A stretch of DNA of 64,000 nucleotides from Sphagnum compactum (lineage: Eukaryota): positions 8,804,001-8,868,000 of the forward strand of contig OZ234494.1 of NCBI GenBank assembly GCA_965153455.1, in the 5' to 3' direction. The notes beneath the pieces are model-generated. The model saw only the letters and a program-made list of their open reading frames with translations. It did no database searches and had not been told where the DNA came from. Positions within the stretch are counted from its first letter, which is position 1. The number at the start of each line of letters is the position of its first letter. Below, piece after piece: positions 25,958 through 39,100 of this stretch. Both the position numbers and the translations under genes were made by a program.

Positions 25958-26190
25958 GTCTCGGTGGTATAGCGGATGTCTGGAAGCTGGGACCTAAAAA
26001 AAGGTTCTGGGTTCAAATCCACTGGTGGACAGGTGAAATCCCTGCCGGCCCTCTGCCACTAAGCTTGACCTGGGGGTGCCAATGGCAAGACCCTAAATCC
26101 CCCTCCCCACCCCCATCGAGCTCTGTCCAGCGCCTGACAGTGCAGCCCTGCAGAGGATCGTGCTGTTCTGCCGCAAGGTTTTCATGAACA
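25958..26190 (+). mobile_element. tRNA-derived SINE-like element
   Basis: Pol III A box TGGTATAGCGG (25965-25975) and B box GGTTCAAATCC (26010-26020) at tRNA-like spacing, followed by a GC-rich body. There is no clean cloverleaf. Confidence 0.55.
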
Positions 26191-27011
26191 CTTAGTTCAC
26201 TGAGAAATTTGCTATATTATTTATCTTCATGCAACCCTCCTTGTGGTCTCCCACCTCATAATTGATCAGCTACATTGTGACCAAGATCTAACACCAAAGA
26301 TACTTTAGCTCACACCTATAGGCTACCAACTTCTCTTAAGCACCCCCATGCCTTTCCACAATGCCTCCTCTTTCCTCAAATTTCATTTCCACTCTTCCAA
26401 CTAGAAGCTTCACGACCAAGCTTCCTTGATGAACTTTTCATGGTCTGATAATACTTGCCCACATGAACTTGAGCCCACCATCATCACACATAGAATCTTG
26501 GACAAAACAGGTATTAGAAAGAAAGAAAGAGAAAAGCTAGTCTACATGATCAAAACAACCCTTGTAATCTTAGCTTCACAAAAATGTAGATTTATTTTGA
26601 CATTACAAACCAATGTCATGCCATTCCTAGATATTGATAATAACCTCCAGTTCCAAGTTTTTAAGATTGTAGAAATCAAAAAACCTTTGTTTATGATTTT
26701 TTGGAATATTTTATAGTCATAGAATGTCCAATTTTGGTTCTTTGACATTTTTAGAAGGAAAATAATTTCTAGTTTCAAGTTTTTGAGCAAAATTAGAAAT
26801 TTGATGTTTTTCATGAAAAAATCGACAAAGAATTGGCAGTTTAGGATAGGTTCTTCAATATAGTTTTTTGAGTTTTTAAAATCCTACTTGAGGGTCAAAA
26901 CTCATATGACATTTGAGAAGTTGGTCAAGGGTCAAAGCTAATTATTTGATTTTTGAGAATCATCAACCAAGGGTATACATAGTGTAGACTGGCCAATGAC
27001 CAAACACTTAA

Positions 27012-27715
27012 GCACTCAAGGCAGGCCGGATCCAAGGGGAGGGATCCATTGTTTGTGGTGTCCAAACAAAACTTGAACCCCTCCTCTTGGCGCATCTGAC
27101 ACATTAACAATTGTCAAAAATGGATTAGAAATGAGAAAGTTATGACAACCCCCCCCCCCCAAGTAAAGGGGGTCAAGAACCGCTGAATATTACAAAGGCT
27201 TGTTCCCAAACAATCATAAAATTCTGTGTATGTTGTTCTGATACTATTAGAGTTCCAAGATGATTTATAAAACTTCAAGTTGTTTAAAATGAATAAGAAA
27301 TAAGAAAATTATGAGGTTTGAAAGTAGAAGGGGTCCAAAGAGAAGGAAAAAATAAAAAAACGTGTTTTGTAAATTGAAAAGCTTATTTTTCTTATTGTTG
27401 TTTTTTCATTACTGCTTTTCTTTTGCACTTCAAAGATGATTTCTAGAGCTTGAGGTAGCACTCCCAAAGCATTTTAAATCATTCAAAATAAAGCACATGA
27501 TGAAGATATAAATGTGTTTGATCATAGGCAGACCATCGATGATGGGCCGGTCTACCTTATACCTTGTATGCTTGCTTGATAGTTTTAGGTTCCAAAAAGA
27601 AAGAACCTCTCAACACAACACCGATATAAACTAATGTCATGCAATTCTTCCTTTCCAAGAGAACTTTCAATCTTGGTTTTGATACTTTAAATATTGATGG
27701 ACGTTCTCCAAGTGC
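27012..27715. mobile_element. Probable non-autonomous TIR element
   Basis: Short inverted termini GCACT / AGTGC around a non-coding AT-rich body. No clear TSD. Confidence 0.3.
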
Positions 27716-30700
27716 ATGTTAGAGCCCAGTTGTTTCAATTTATTGCTGTTCGTGCTAGAACATTGTTTCAACTTCGAGAACCTTTCAGCCCCAGTTAGAA
27801 AATCATGTCCATTTTCATGTACAAACTACACACTCCCAATGCTAGAGATTGTATAGGTGTATGGCATAGATTCATTTTACAACAAGGGCCTCTACAAATA
27901 TGGAGTTCAATAATTGGTTAAAATTAATACTTAACTAGTTTAACCTACTTATCAACTTTTTAAAAAAATTCAACTTGCCTATGCAAAGAACTTATGCTCA
28001 AAGTGACTTGCATGATTTTGGTTTCAATTTCAAATTTAAAATAATTCCATGGTTTGATTCTTGTGCCAATTCCAACAACACAATGCTAGCTAGGGTCTGG
28101 GTCACATGAAGCTGAAATCCCCGATTTAACACTGCAAGCAGAATACACATGGTCCTAGCATTTGGGACCATTGCCCTTCATTTTGGCCAAGAACTTTCCT
28201 TTAGATGGGTTCAGCTTTTTGGCACACTTCTTTGGCTGGTTTCAAATGCCACAAATGATTTTGAATCTGTGTTAAAGAAGGCCCACTTTTGTTCTCCCAA
28301 TCAGGTAGAGTGAATTGGAATTCTAAAGGCCAGATGAAGGCTTCCATTGAGAACACTCGGCCTTAGGATTCATAAATAAATCCTGATATCATAACCATAG
28401 GAAATGACTGTTTTTGATTGGCCAACAAGAACAATTGTTCCGGGCAATGACATTTGGAACAGTCTCTCAAATTATAGAGGCTAGTCTTTTATGTCGTGGG
28501 TGGGCATGGCAAATAAGTAACACTGTATGTGGATGACAGGTGGAGGCCCAAATGGGGGGTGTGCATGAAGATGCCCAAGAACAACTGTAGGCAAAGTACC
28601 AGACTTTCTACTCATGTTTGGCCCACTTCTTTGCCAATATTTATTTGTTTTTAAAATGAGGTTAGGCAATTTCAAATTTAAATTTCCAGAATTTGAACAG
28701 TCCAGGAATGTGAAGGGACAAATTTTGTTGTGTATTTGTAATAGTAAACCCAAACCCAATGGTTGAGACACGAAATATTGTTCACAAGTTGAGAGTTTGT
28801 TACTCAACAATTTTGGCAAATATGAGTAATTTTCCTTTTTTTTAAGTGCTAGACCTTTTGTGAATGATTTTGTGTTGAACATGGGTCACAGTGGTAGTAG
28901 TAGTAGTTACGGTATACAGCAGGGATAGAGAGCCATGTAACTTCCCAAGAAATCACCAAGGTTTTCTTCACTGTAAAAACAGATAGGGCCTCACAAGTCA
29001 CATTTAGGAGGAATTGAAAAAGCAGATCAAAACTCTACCCCACTCCATACAAAGATGGATTGGGCCCAGCTGTGAAGAATTTGAGCCTCACAGGTGAGCA
29101 TGCATGAATAAGAAAAGCTCATGAAAAGCTCTATCCGTGTAAGCTTCCAGTGAACAGTATTAGACTATGAGACAACAAGCCCCATCCATTATTCCTCCAT
29201 AATTCCTGTACTCCTGAGTACCTGCTAACCGCAAACAGGGACCCAGCCAGCTCCCTTTCCCTTTTCTCTCCCCCCCCTCCCCCCCCCCCAACGTTTCTGC
29301 CCAGCTTGACAGCCCTACTGCACACATTATCTACCTTCCCCAAATAGGCCCAGGAAAATTTCCTGGCTTTCTATGCAGTACTAGGACAGCTATCGTATGT
29401 AGGCTACCAGAGTGAATCATAATACTTTGCATTTTGTCATCACTCCAACTGCCTTTCCTCTCCAGCACTTGCTCACGTTTCAGCTCTTTCAGGGCATAGC
29501 TTCTCTCCAGTACATGCACTGTCCTTGCAACTGGGAAAAACCACTGTTGGGCGGTTCTTAGCATGAGGGATCATAAATCAAATTTACTTATTAAATGAAA
29601 CCCTTTTAGAATTAGGGACAGATAGATATGCACCTGAGATTTTTTTTTTTTCCTTTGTTTGTCAACAAAACTTGGAATCTCTAGTCTAGAGATCCTAAAA
29701 TGTGATCCATAATCTAGACTTGAACCTATTTAAACCTCAAAACTTACCAATGGTGGTACTACCTTGATTGTCAATTTTTAGTCCTTAGGCAAGTTTGAAA
29801 CACAAATAGTTCACGCAAAAACAAGTCATGGCGAGTAGAGAGGAAAAAGGATCTCCCTATTGCAATCATGGTTTCTTTTAAAATATTTTGTGAGGTAGGT
29901 GGACTAGCGATCATCCACAAGAGGATGTAACCAAATATGGTTAGAGTTTAGAGAGGAAAATAATGTTTTTTGGGAACCTTATTACTTTTTGATGGCATGT
30001 TAAAACTACGGTCTAAATTTGGTGATTCAAAATTAGGTTTCCTTGAAATATGGCCATTTTGGTCCTTTCTTTTCCAAAAAAATCCTTTCTATGAGTTGTT
30101 TGATTTATTTTTATATGGTTGTTTGATTTTGCCCTCTAGCAATTTATAATTGATTGCAACAATGATAAAGGTGTTTGGTGCCGTAAATCAAAGCTAAAAT
30201 GTTTGATGATGGCTTTGATTACACCATCCTTACTTTTAATTGGTGTCAATCACAATGTTAGATCTCGTCATCGTCTTAAAACTTTGTTAAAACTAACCCA
30301 TGATCTTGATTTCAAATCCAGTGGTTAGTTTATTGTTTATTTGTTTAATGCATCAATTTTTAGATTCTAGAAATTTTCACAATTTGGGAGGTGGGGTGAA
30401 AACACAATTAAAAAGCCAAAGGACTTGTTGACAGTCAATTTTTTATGTACCCTGTCTACTTTGAAAATGTATCACATATAATATTTTAATTTGAAATAAA
30501 TATACTATTTTTTACATTATGTTCATTTACTCATGAAGTTATCATCCTATGAATTTGAAGTCATTTCATTGTGTTATGAAGGTTCTTTTGCATATACAAA
30601 GGACTTATTAACAAGTGTTAAAAACAACCATAAAATATGAACGTGTTTTTTGTTATTCAAACCTTCACCAAATGCTTTCAAATTTTGTATGAACTCTAAC

Positions 30701-32559
30701 ATACTTCACAAGAAGTGAGCCATGTGTCCAATCATTCAAAAATATTTTTACATGCTTATATTGAAACCTTTTTACATGACTGGTTAAAATGGTTTCAAAC
30801 ATGTTTGATGATTAAAATAGTTCATAATTTATCATCATGGCTAAAAGAAAAATTGTACATTTGATTTTAATGTAAAGCATGATGTAAAAAAATTAATTAT
30901 TTACTATGTTTTGGGTCATATTTGGCCTCAAATTTAATATCCAACCATTATCTAGCTTGAAAAGTTGTTTTTAAAAATGCATTATAAACCAATATAAGAA
31001 GGCCACATGTGTAATTTAGTCCTTGAAAAGGACTTAAACCTTGCCACAAGTGGTTCCTTTTATTGTGACTGCACCTAGTGGGAATGTTAAAAAATTTCCA
31101 AAGGCTAAAAGCGTTTAGGAACAACCTTTTCTTTTGGTGTCTAAGGCCAAATTTTGCCCTTGGTAGTGCGATGAAGGTTAAAAATATTTCTAGTTAGTCT
31201 CACTACTAATGAAGTGGGATGGATTAACATGCTACCATTTTGTAATGAAACCATGCACCTATAATATCGCTAGGATGAATGTCATTGTAGGGTGCAAAGG
31301 CACAATTTCATTGCATGTTAACTTTTAAACCTTAACAATAATCGCTCCTAGTGGCTTGACACCTTCCATTTAAGTGAGTGTGTTTCATGATTCTTGTTGT
31401 GAATGCTTAAATTTCAATCACAAATTGTAAGTGTTTTGCTAGGTTATAATTGAATTTCATGAAACGGGATCATCAAAAACCAATTTGCTATGTCTAATTA
31501 TTGTTATAAGATTGTAGCTTTGGAGTAATGTATGCATCTTCATCTTGTAGATCTTGAAAGTTGAAACAACTATTCCCTACTCTCGAGTCCCATTCCATAT
31601 TATTTCTAAAGTTTTGTTATCTTTTCATAGCTTCAAACTACTTTGTAACTCGTAAGTTGTGTTGTTTGTAGTAGATTTGTAACTTTGTGTGTTCATTACT
31701 TAATGTTTGTGAATGTATGCAAAATAAATGGAATGGTTGTTTTAGCTTTGAAAAATGGCAAGAAGGATATTTTTTTTAATTGCATGGGTGATCTTCATGT
31801 GGGTGGCACTTGTTCAACTCGAGGTATGTACTACAATTTACAATCCTTCCTAAGGATTCCATTTATATTTTCTACAAGTTGTTCGTAGAACTTGGCAAAT
31901 CAAGAAAACCAATTTCATGTTTTTCTTAATTATTGATAAATTACAAATTGATTGGTTTCTCTCTTTGTTCAAGCTCCAATTTCCCTTTCCATTCATATGA
32001 TTTGTTAGGTGGTACTTCTGCAAAGGTGACTCAAAAGTTGCTATGAATTTTTCTCCTCATTAAATTCTTCCAATTTTAGTGTTTTTTGTTTTATGAGACA
32101 TATATTTTTTTCTTGATTACAACTTTTGCAAATATCATGCACCTATTGTGATATCACACCATCAAATCAATGAATACCATAATTTGTAAAATCTTTGTCC
32201 TATTTTATTTGAAATGGAACTCACAAATCCAAGCTTGCCATGTCTTATTATATTTTCCAATATTTCAATTATTCCAAGAATCCAAAGCTTACAATGTCGC
32301 TTTGCCTTGTGTTTGATTTTAGTATGTTTCCAAGAAATTATAGTCCTTTTAGTGGGCCAGAATCACCTTTGTCTAAAACACGGTCTCCAAAATCCATAAT
32401 CAATTTAAATGAATGTTTGGTTGCATCACATTTGCAAAACCTTGACATTAATTTTGTTGTGCATGGAATCATTCCTATACTCCTCCTAAATCAATAGACC
32501 CTGACAAGATTATAGAAATATTTGACTCACAATTTAATCTAATTAAAAATTTGACCCAC

Positions 32560-32880
32560 CATGAAGAAGCAAAACCCAATTCAATAAGGGAAAAACAAAA
32601 AAATATCTATGACAACACTAGATTTTTTTTGACATAATGAGTACTTAAGTTACCATGGGGGTGGGTTTATTCATAAGTAGGGTATGCTCTTTGATTGAAA
32701 ACAAGGATAGAATTGTTGGGTTCAAATGGGATACATTTTTAACAAAACTTGTTAGTCATAAGATTGATGTGAATGACTTCCCCAAGCTTGAGCTTGAGGT
32801 GAAGAAGGGTGAGAATTACATTACAAAATATTGTGCCCACTTGAAAAATATGAAGTTGAAAGGCTAGAAGGGTCCCACTT
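32560..32880 (+). pseudogene. N-terminal fragment of a ZNF862-like hAT transposase
   Basis: KNIYDNTRFF...KLPW followed by VCSLIENKDRIVGFKWDT...VKKGENYITKYCAHLKNMKL, a zinc-finger-type N-terminus (from recall). A MITE begins just downstream. Confidence 0.55.
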
Positions 32881-32942
32881 TTGTGTTGGCTTGAATAAAC
32901 AAACCAATCGAGTGAAAACATAGTTCGGTGGACAATTTGGAA

Positions 32943-33607
32943 TAGTGTTGGGTCATTATTAGTAGTCCACCAATTTTCAGTTCACTCCTTAGTCTAGTTT
33001 ACAAGAAAATCTTACACTAAAAATTGATTGTTTTCATTTTGGGTGAGAACTAGCACTTTGAAAACCAGTCAAATACCATAAAGGCTCAAACATGATACTC
33101 GTGAAAGTTATCAAATGAACCTTGAAGGTTAGTTCTCATAATTGTATAGGTTTATAAAAATCCAAATATGTAGAACCCCTACCCTTATCATTACAAGGTT
33201 TGAACCCAAAATTTTCTAAAATCCACTAACCACTATGTCACAACCCTTATGTGTGCAAAAGGAAATTGAGGTTTAAATTTAAACTTAATACATGTCAATG
33301 GTCTTAACTTTTAAACCGTTAGGATGAATGAACATTAAATAAAAGTAACTATGTGAAGTGTGACTTTATACTAAATATTTAAGTCTATTTCAAAAAGATC
33401 TTGGGTGCAAACTTCATTTAGGTGAAAACCAATCTACTTGAAAACCAATGTGAAAATCAATGGTTCTTATTTTAATGATAATTTTAAAACCAACTAGGGT
33501 ATCATATTTTGAAAAACAAAAATTCAAGAGCCAAACAAATTATGTTTGAACTTTTAAGATAACTGAAACCAACAAATTTTCAAAACTTTGAAAACCACCC
33601 AACATTG
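32943..33607. mobile_element. hAT-type MITE (CAGTGTT-TIR family)
   Basis: Termini TAGTGTTGGG / CCCAACATTG. Flanks ATTTGGAA / GTTTGGAC match at 6/8. Confidence 0.6.
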
Positions 33608-35246
33608 GTTTGGACTATCACAATTGTAATTTTTTTGGATTGCAAATGAACTTAAAATATAAGCCCATATTCAACATTAACATTTTCAAGTTTTTAATTG
33701 TTCATGTTATAATAAATTTTAGTGGAAAAAAGACACACACACAAAAGATTGTAGGGGCTTATGTGTGTAAAAAATAAGTTAGTATATGGTATAATGGCTC
33801 AGAGGATCAAATATGTAAGCAAAAATATTGGTTACAAAAAAATGACATTATGTACAAGTTGTTTCAAGCAAGTTGATGATGTGAGTGTATGTTAATTGGG
33901 TTGCAACTATCATGAAGACATTTGTATGAAGAATGGTGCAAGTGTTGTGTAGATGCAAGAGTTTGTTTAATTCTGGATTGGGGTTACTATCACCAATGTC
34001 TTGTGCATGTTATCCAAAAGATTATTACAATTCTTGTAGCCATGCAAAAGGTAAAACAAATCCCTCATGTTATTTCTTGGCCATGCCCTCCTATTTTTTT
34101 GTAGAAGGATTGGTTCTTTAGCACCCAACTTTTATCATAAAGGCAATTAGCTATCAAAGGATCTCGAGAAGACCCAGCTGGCCATATCATTTTCAATCAT
34201 GAATTGTAGATGGTCAATCCATTTCCAAGGGTCCCTATGCATTGGAGGTGTGAATGTACTTTGTAATATTATTTGGAAGCTAGGTTTCTATCACATTTTC
34301 TCTATGTGCAATTTATATATCTCATCTCCCATGATCTTTCTAGACTCTTACCTACGTGGTTTATGATATTGTATTAAAAGAAAAATTCAAAAAACTTGTT
34401 AAGGATATGAAGTAGGACATATGGTGATTACACTCAGAAGATGAATCTAGCTTCTCCATGACTATGTGGGGGTTTGTATTCATGTTATTTTTGGGTTGTT
34501 TGCATTATTTGGTTGTAATCATGTTCTTGGACTCATAAGGAATTGATTAACTTTGATGGGCTAGAGTTGGGGAGATTGAATTCAAAAGGTCATGTTATCT
34601 CGGTTGTTGACTAGCATTTACTGAGTCTTGCACTTGTAAGAGATGAGTAGATTAGTATGCTAATCACAACATATGGAAAGCAGGGTATCAGCTTCACATA
34701 ACTATGTGGAAAGCAGAGGGAGAAAGGTTGTTTATGGACAAGTGAAGGCACTTGGATTACATAGGTGGTGATTGATGAGAAGTAGCTCAAGGATGCCGGT
34801 TGTCCATAGTGTGCATACACTATCTAATGGATCAATTGCATTCTACTAAGTATTTTCCTTGGGTTTTCCCAGTATGTACTTGAAGGCAATGTATTTGTGA
34901 TGGGCGATAATTGCAATAACAACTATGACTCTCACCTATAGTATGCATATGATGCTTACTTATCTCCTATGGGCATTTTGTAATAGTATTTTCTTTCCAG
35001 CATGAATGAATAGGTTTTGAATGCACTTGTTTCATTGAAGATTTCTGATTCTATGTCAATTTTTTTGTGCTTAGGATTCAATCCACCCACCCAAATTCTC
35101 TTTGTAACATCATGTTTTTTCATCATGAATGAATTCTTCATCTCATTTAAAATCCAGGTTAAAGTGTTGAGGTACCCAATTTTTGGTTTCTAATCCATCA
35201 ACATATATATGGCATTTTATTCTGCTATATTTGAAATTCGGCCTTA

Positions 35247-36120
35247 GGGTGCATTCACAATAAAAGGAGCCAAAAGTGTGAAGGACTTAGTGCTTTATTA
35301 TGATTGGGTTTACACCATTCATTTGAAATATATAAAAATTTTCACCCAACTTTTGGCAATGTTATCTACTTATATACATTAATGAATTTCAAGTACAAAA
35401 AACTAAATGTGTAGACAAAATGATATCCTTTCAATATAAGAAGTGATTACATTTCCAAGATAAACTATACATCCCAAAATTATATATTAAATTGAACTTT
35501 ACATTAATTGGAAGAAGTTTATCACATAAAATCATTTTTTAAACATACGAAAGTTGAAAGTTGAACATAATTTATGCATTTTTCAAGACAGCATGATAGA
35601 AATCAATGAAGTAAACTATTTAATTAATATTTTTTCCTCCATAAAATTTATCCATGCCTTTCACAGTATAAAAATGAACAACTTTTGTTAAAGACACATC
35701 ATCAAATTTTGTAATTTAGAGGGCCAAAAGCACATTTGAAACAAATGTGTAGATATGTGTAATAAATAAGTTTTTTATTAATCTCAACTCCTTTTGCACT
35801 TTTAATCATCAATATGAATCTCCTTTCAAATTTTGAGAATGAATGGTGCACATTTGATAAACAAAAAGGACGTTCAAATCTAAAAACACTATTTGACGAC
35901 TACATTTTGATTGGTTTATGTGCATGAAAGGACTCTCAAAACTTAATGAAATGACTTTAAATTTGTGGAAGATCAAGATCATTAGCAAATATATATAATT
36001 GCAAAAAAAAATAGTAATTTGAATAAATACATTACACAAACTTGTCTTTCAAAGTAGACATGGTATAATATCACACTTCATTTGACAACTGCTTTGGCTC
36101 CTTTTACTGTGAGTGCACCC
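35247..36120. mobile_element. Tourist/PIF-Harbinger-like MITE
   Basis: 28-bp TIR GGGTGCATTCACAATAAAAGGAGCCAAA / TTTGGCTCCTTTTACTGTGAGTGCACCC (26/28). TTA lies on the left flank and the interior is AT-rich. Confidence 0.8.
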
Positions 36121-36199
36121 CTCAAGTTATTGAATCTTTTTAGTTGTTTTCAATGGTAGGGGCCCACTTCCTTTGAAAAATATATTGGAATGGTCAGTC

Positions 36200-39100
36200 A
36201 GTCATGTGGTATTGGCCCCCCACTTGGTTAGGCAACATTGTATTTGATATAGAACAGGATAGTTTGACAAAACCCGCTATTCCAATTTTACCAATGATAG
36301 GTGTGCTTAGGCCATAGCCTAGCAAGATTACAAGTAGCTTGAATGGTTGATTTTGTCTTGCACATGGAGTAAAGTGATCATCTACATGAGATTGGGGCAG
36401 TCAAGCTAGTTTTGGTGTTTGAAGTTGCTTACAAAATTCAAATGTTGATGCTCTAATCCACTACTGCTCCCTGTAGTGGAGTTAGTAATCTGGCCACCCA
36501 TGTAAGGATTATACATGGACTATAGGTTGGATTTAATTCTTTACCATGCAGCTTGTTGAAATTAAACACATTTTGCAACAGGGGAGTTAAATAAGTCATT
36601 GGATGGTGTAGTGAAGTTACTACTAGTTGATGTTACAATCGATGTAGTGAAGTTCGCATTCGTGAATGGGCTACTTATACCAATTTATTAGTTTTGATAC
36701 ACGAGACAATGGGAATTATTCTACACAAGGGGTTTCATTTTTTTTGTTGTTAATGCATTCAGAAGGTTCGTTTTGATGTTTTATTCAAGTTGGCAACCAT
36801 GTTCTCATGTGTCTTGAACAACCTTTATGGTACTTGAAGGTGGGGTGCGTGAATAAACCAAATTCATAGACTATTGGAATGTCATAGAATCCCTACAATA
36901 TAATTTTTGCAGAGATGAATAGTGTTTTATAAGTTAAAGGTGGGTAGGAAAACCAAGGAGTCTACAGTCAGTATCTTTTAACTAATTTGTGGCACAAATT
37001 GGGTTGAATATTCCTTGATGCAATGTTGGGAAGTTGGGAAAAGGAAATGAAATATTGAAGGGAATAAACTATTGGATCATTTTATAGCCATGCCTTGATG
37101 CAAAATTTCAAAGGTAATGCTAAATCTTAAACCCATAATGTTGTTTGTGGTTAGCATGGTCAACATGTGTGCACCCAACAATTCATTGCCATAGGACAAT
37201 TCCAATTTTTATGTAAAATAAATTGGACCAAGGGTGATTCCGTGTCAAGCGAAACTTTATTTTGGAGCAAAATTCTCCACGTATGTTTCAATATTGCATC
37301 AAATTGAAAAAGTGACTATCCAACCCATGTCTAAATTAAAGGTATTTATTTGTAACTATAAATCCAACAAATTGAAGGTCAAGCATGCATACACATATAC
37401 ACATGGCTACACATCCAGGTTAATTTATTTGGTTTAATTGAATCAAGGGTTGTAAGCAAATCCAAGGAAACAATACTTGCATTTTTAGGGTTCCTTTCCT
37501 TTTGTCAACTCGGAGATGGGAAGTCAAATGATGTGGTATGTCGATCACATTTTTACCACATTCATGCCCTATTGGAAAACCATTTTGAATTTTGGAAAGC
37601 TGCATTGTCACCTAAAAGTGTGTGATAACAAGGCTTGCCCTTTCAAATCTTGGTAGCTTACCCAAACCCCGCCTATCACTTGCTTTGTTCTGCAATTGCT
37701 ACATTCGTTTTGGAGGTCTTTTTTCCTATAAATGTTGGTAGTGAGTTTAGTTTGGCAACTATTAGCCATTGTGTTTTTAGCTAGTGGTTGTATGGATGTG
37801 CATATTAGGTCTTATGGGGAGGACGATTTGCTTAAGCAATCAAATGCAATAGCCAAACATCAACCCTCATGAGGAGTTGAAGCAACAGAGGATTGTTGAG
37901 AACGAAAACGATTGGAAGTTATATTGTAGTGTAAACAATAGTAAGTCTTCGTGTTGTCATTTTTTTTTGTGTTTTCCTACATAACATCAACTATGTTATA
38001 AAGTTTGATCCCATTAATCAAGCTTGAACCCATTCTTGGATTAAGTTATTGTTTGGGCCTTGGTAAGTTTCATTGCCAAAGCTTTGTTGTTATTATCTTT
38101 AGTCCAAGGGTGTCCATAGACTTTTGCTTGTTAGTGGTGGAGGTTAACATTTGACTGTTTTTTTTCTTTGTGTAGGTTGAAAGAACACATTGGGAGGGTG
38201 GCTACACCCAAGCCCACCGTTGTTGGCTATGTACCAATTGTTGGACCTCCTAAACAAAATAGTCATCTAGCGGCAAAAGTACAAGTGCCAAACATGGCTG
38301 AAGATGAAAACCCTTCTAGTTGCAACTAGAGACAACTTTGAAGACGAAAACTATGATGATTTCGATGAAGATTTTTGCCCTCCACCAAGTGAAGGGGTAG
38401 GCGATAGTGAGGAGGATGTTGTGGTGCCAACTTCTTCCAAACGACAAAGAGACCAAGCCAAGTTAGCTACAAAGGTTTTTTACGCAACATAGGTAAGGTT
38501 TTATATAATTCAATTGTACATTTAGGATTTCCAAAAATGATGGACAATACGTAAGAATGCATATAATCAAGGTGTTTTCTTTTTGGGAATTTGTTTCTTC
38601 ACAAACTTTTGGATTTGGTCATGGTGTGTGCATGTAGGGCACAACAAAACGTGCATGTCTTATAAGGCCTAGGCTAGTTAGACCACAAAAATAGGTATAT
38701 AGCCAGGCACCTAGTGCTTTTGTGCAACCTTCCCCACAACGGTATCAACCTCCAAATAGCACAAGTTACCCACCTCCTATGAATGCACCTTACAAACCAA
38801 GACCAACTGTAGCAGCACAAACATATGCTGGTAAAGAACATCCTCAAACACCATACACACCACAAACACATGTAGCACGTGTGCATTCTCATGGCACAGA
38901 AGAACTTCAGCTACCCTATAGACCACAATCGAATGCAACACACACCTTACTTTAATATATACTTACATGTAATATAATGTAAGTAATATTACTCTCACCT
39001 TCATTGTGGACTCCAAAACCTATAAATTTGATGACCATTTGACATGCTAGTTGGCATTTCATTCGTAGGATGTAGTTTAGAGGGGTTTGTAATGCAATTG

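Noticed and set aside
25958..26030. Functional tRNA gene
   Set aside because: The acceptor stem pairs poorly and an A-run replaces a canonical anticodon arm; kept only as SINE-like.
33900..34400. CACTA TnpD (Transposase_21) remnant with DG.NPF- and LP.W-like traces
   Set aside because: Needs frameshifts and the motifs are too short to support a call.
38304..38955. Acidic and Pro-rich ORFs as a host gene
   Set aside because: Low complexity, interrupted, and inside the presumed CACTA remnant; more likely decayed TE accessory exons.
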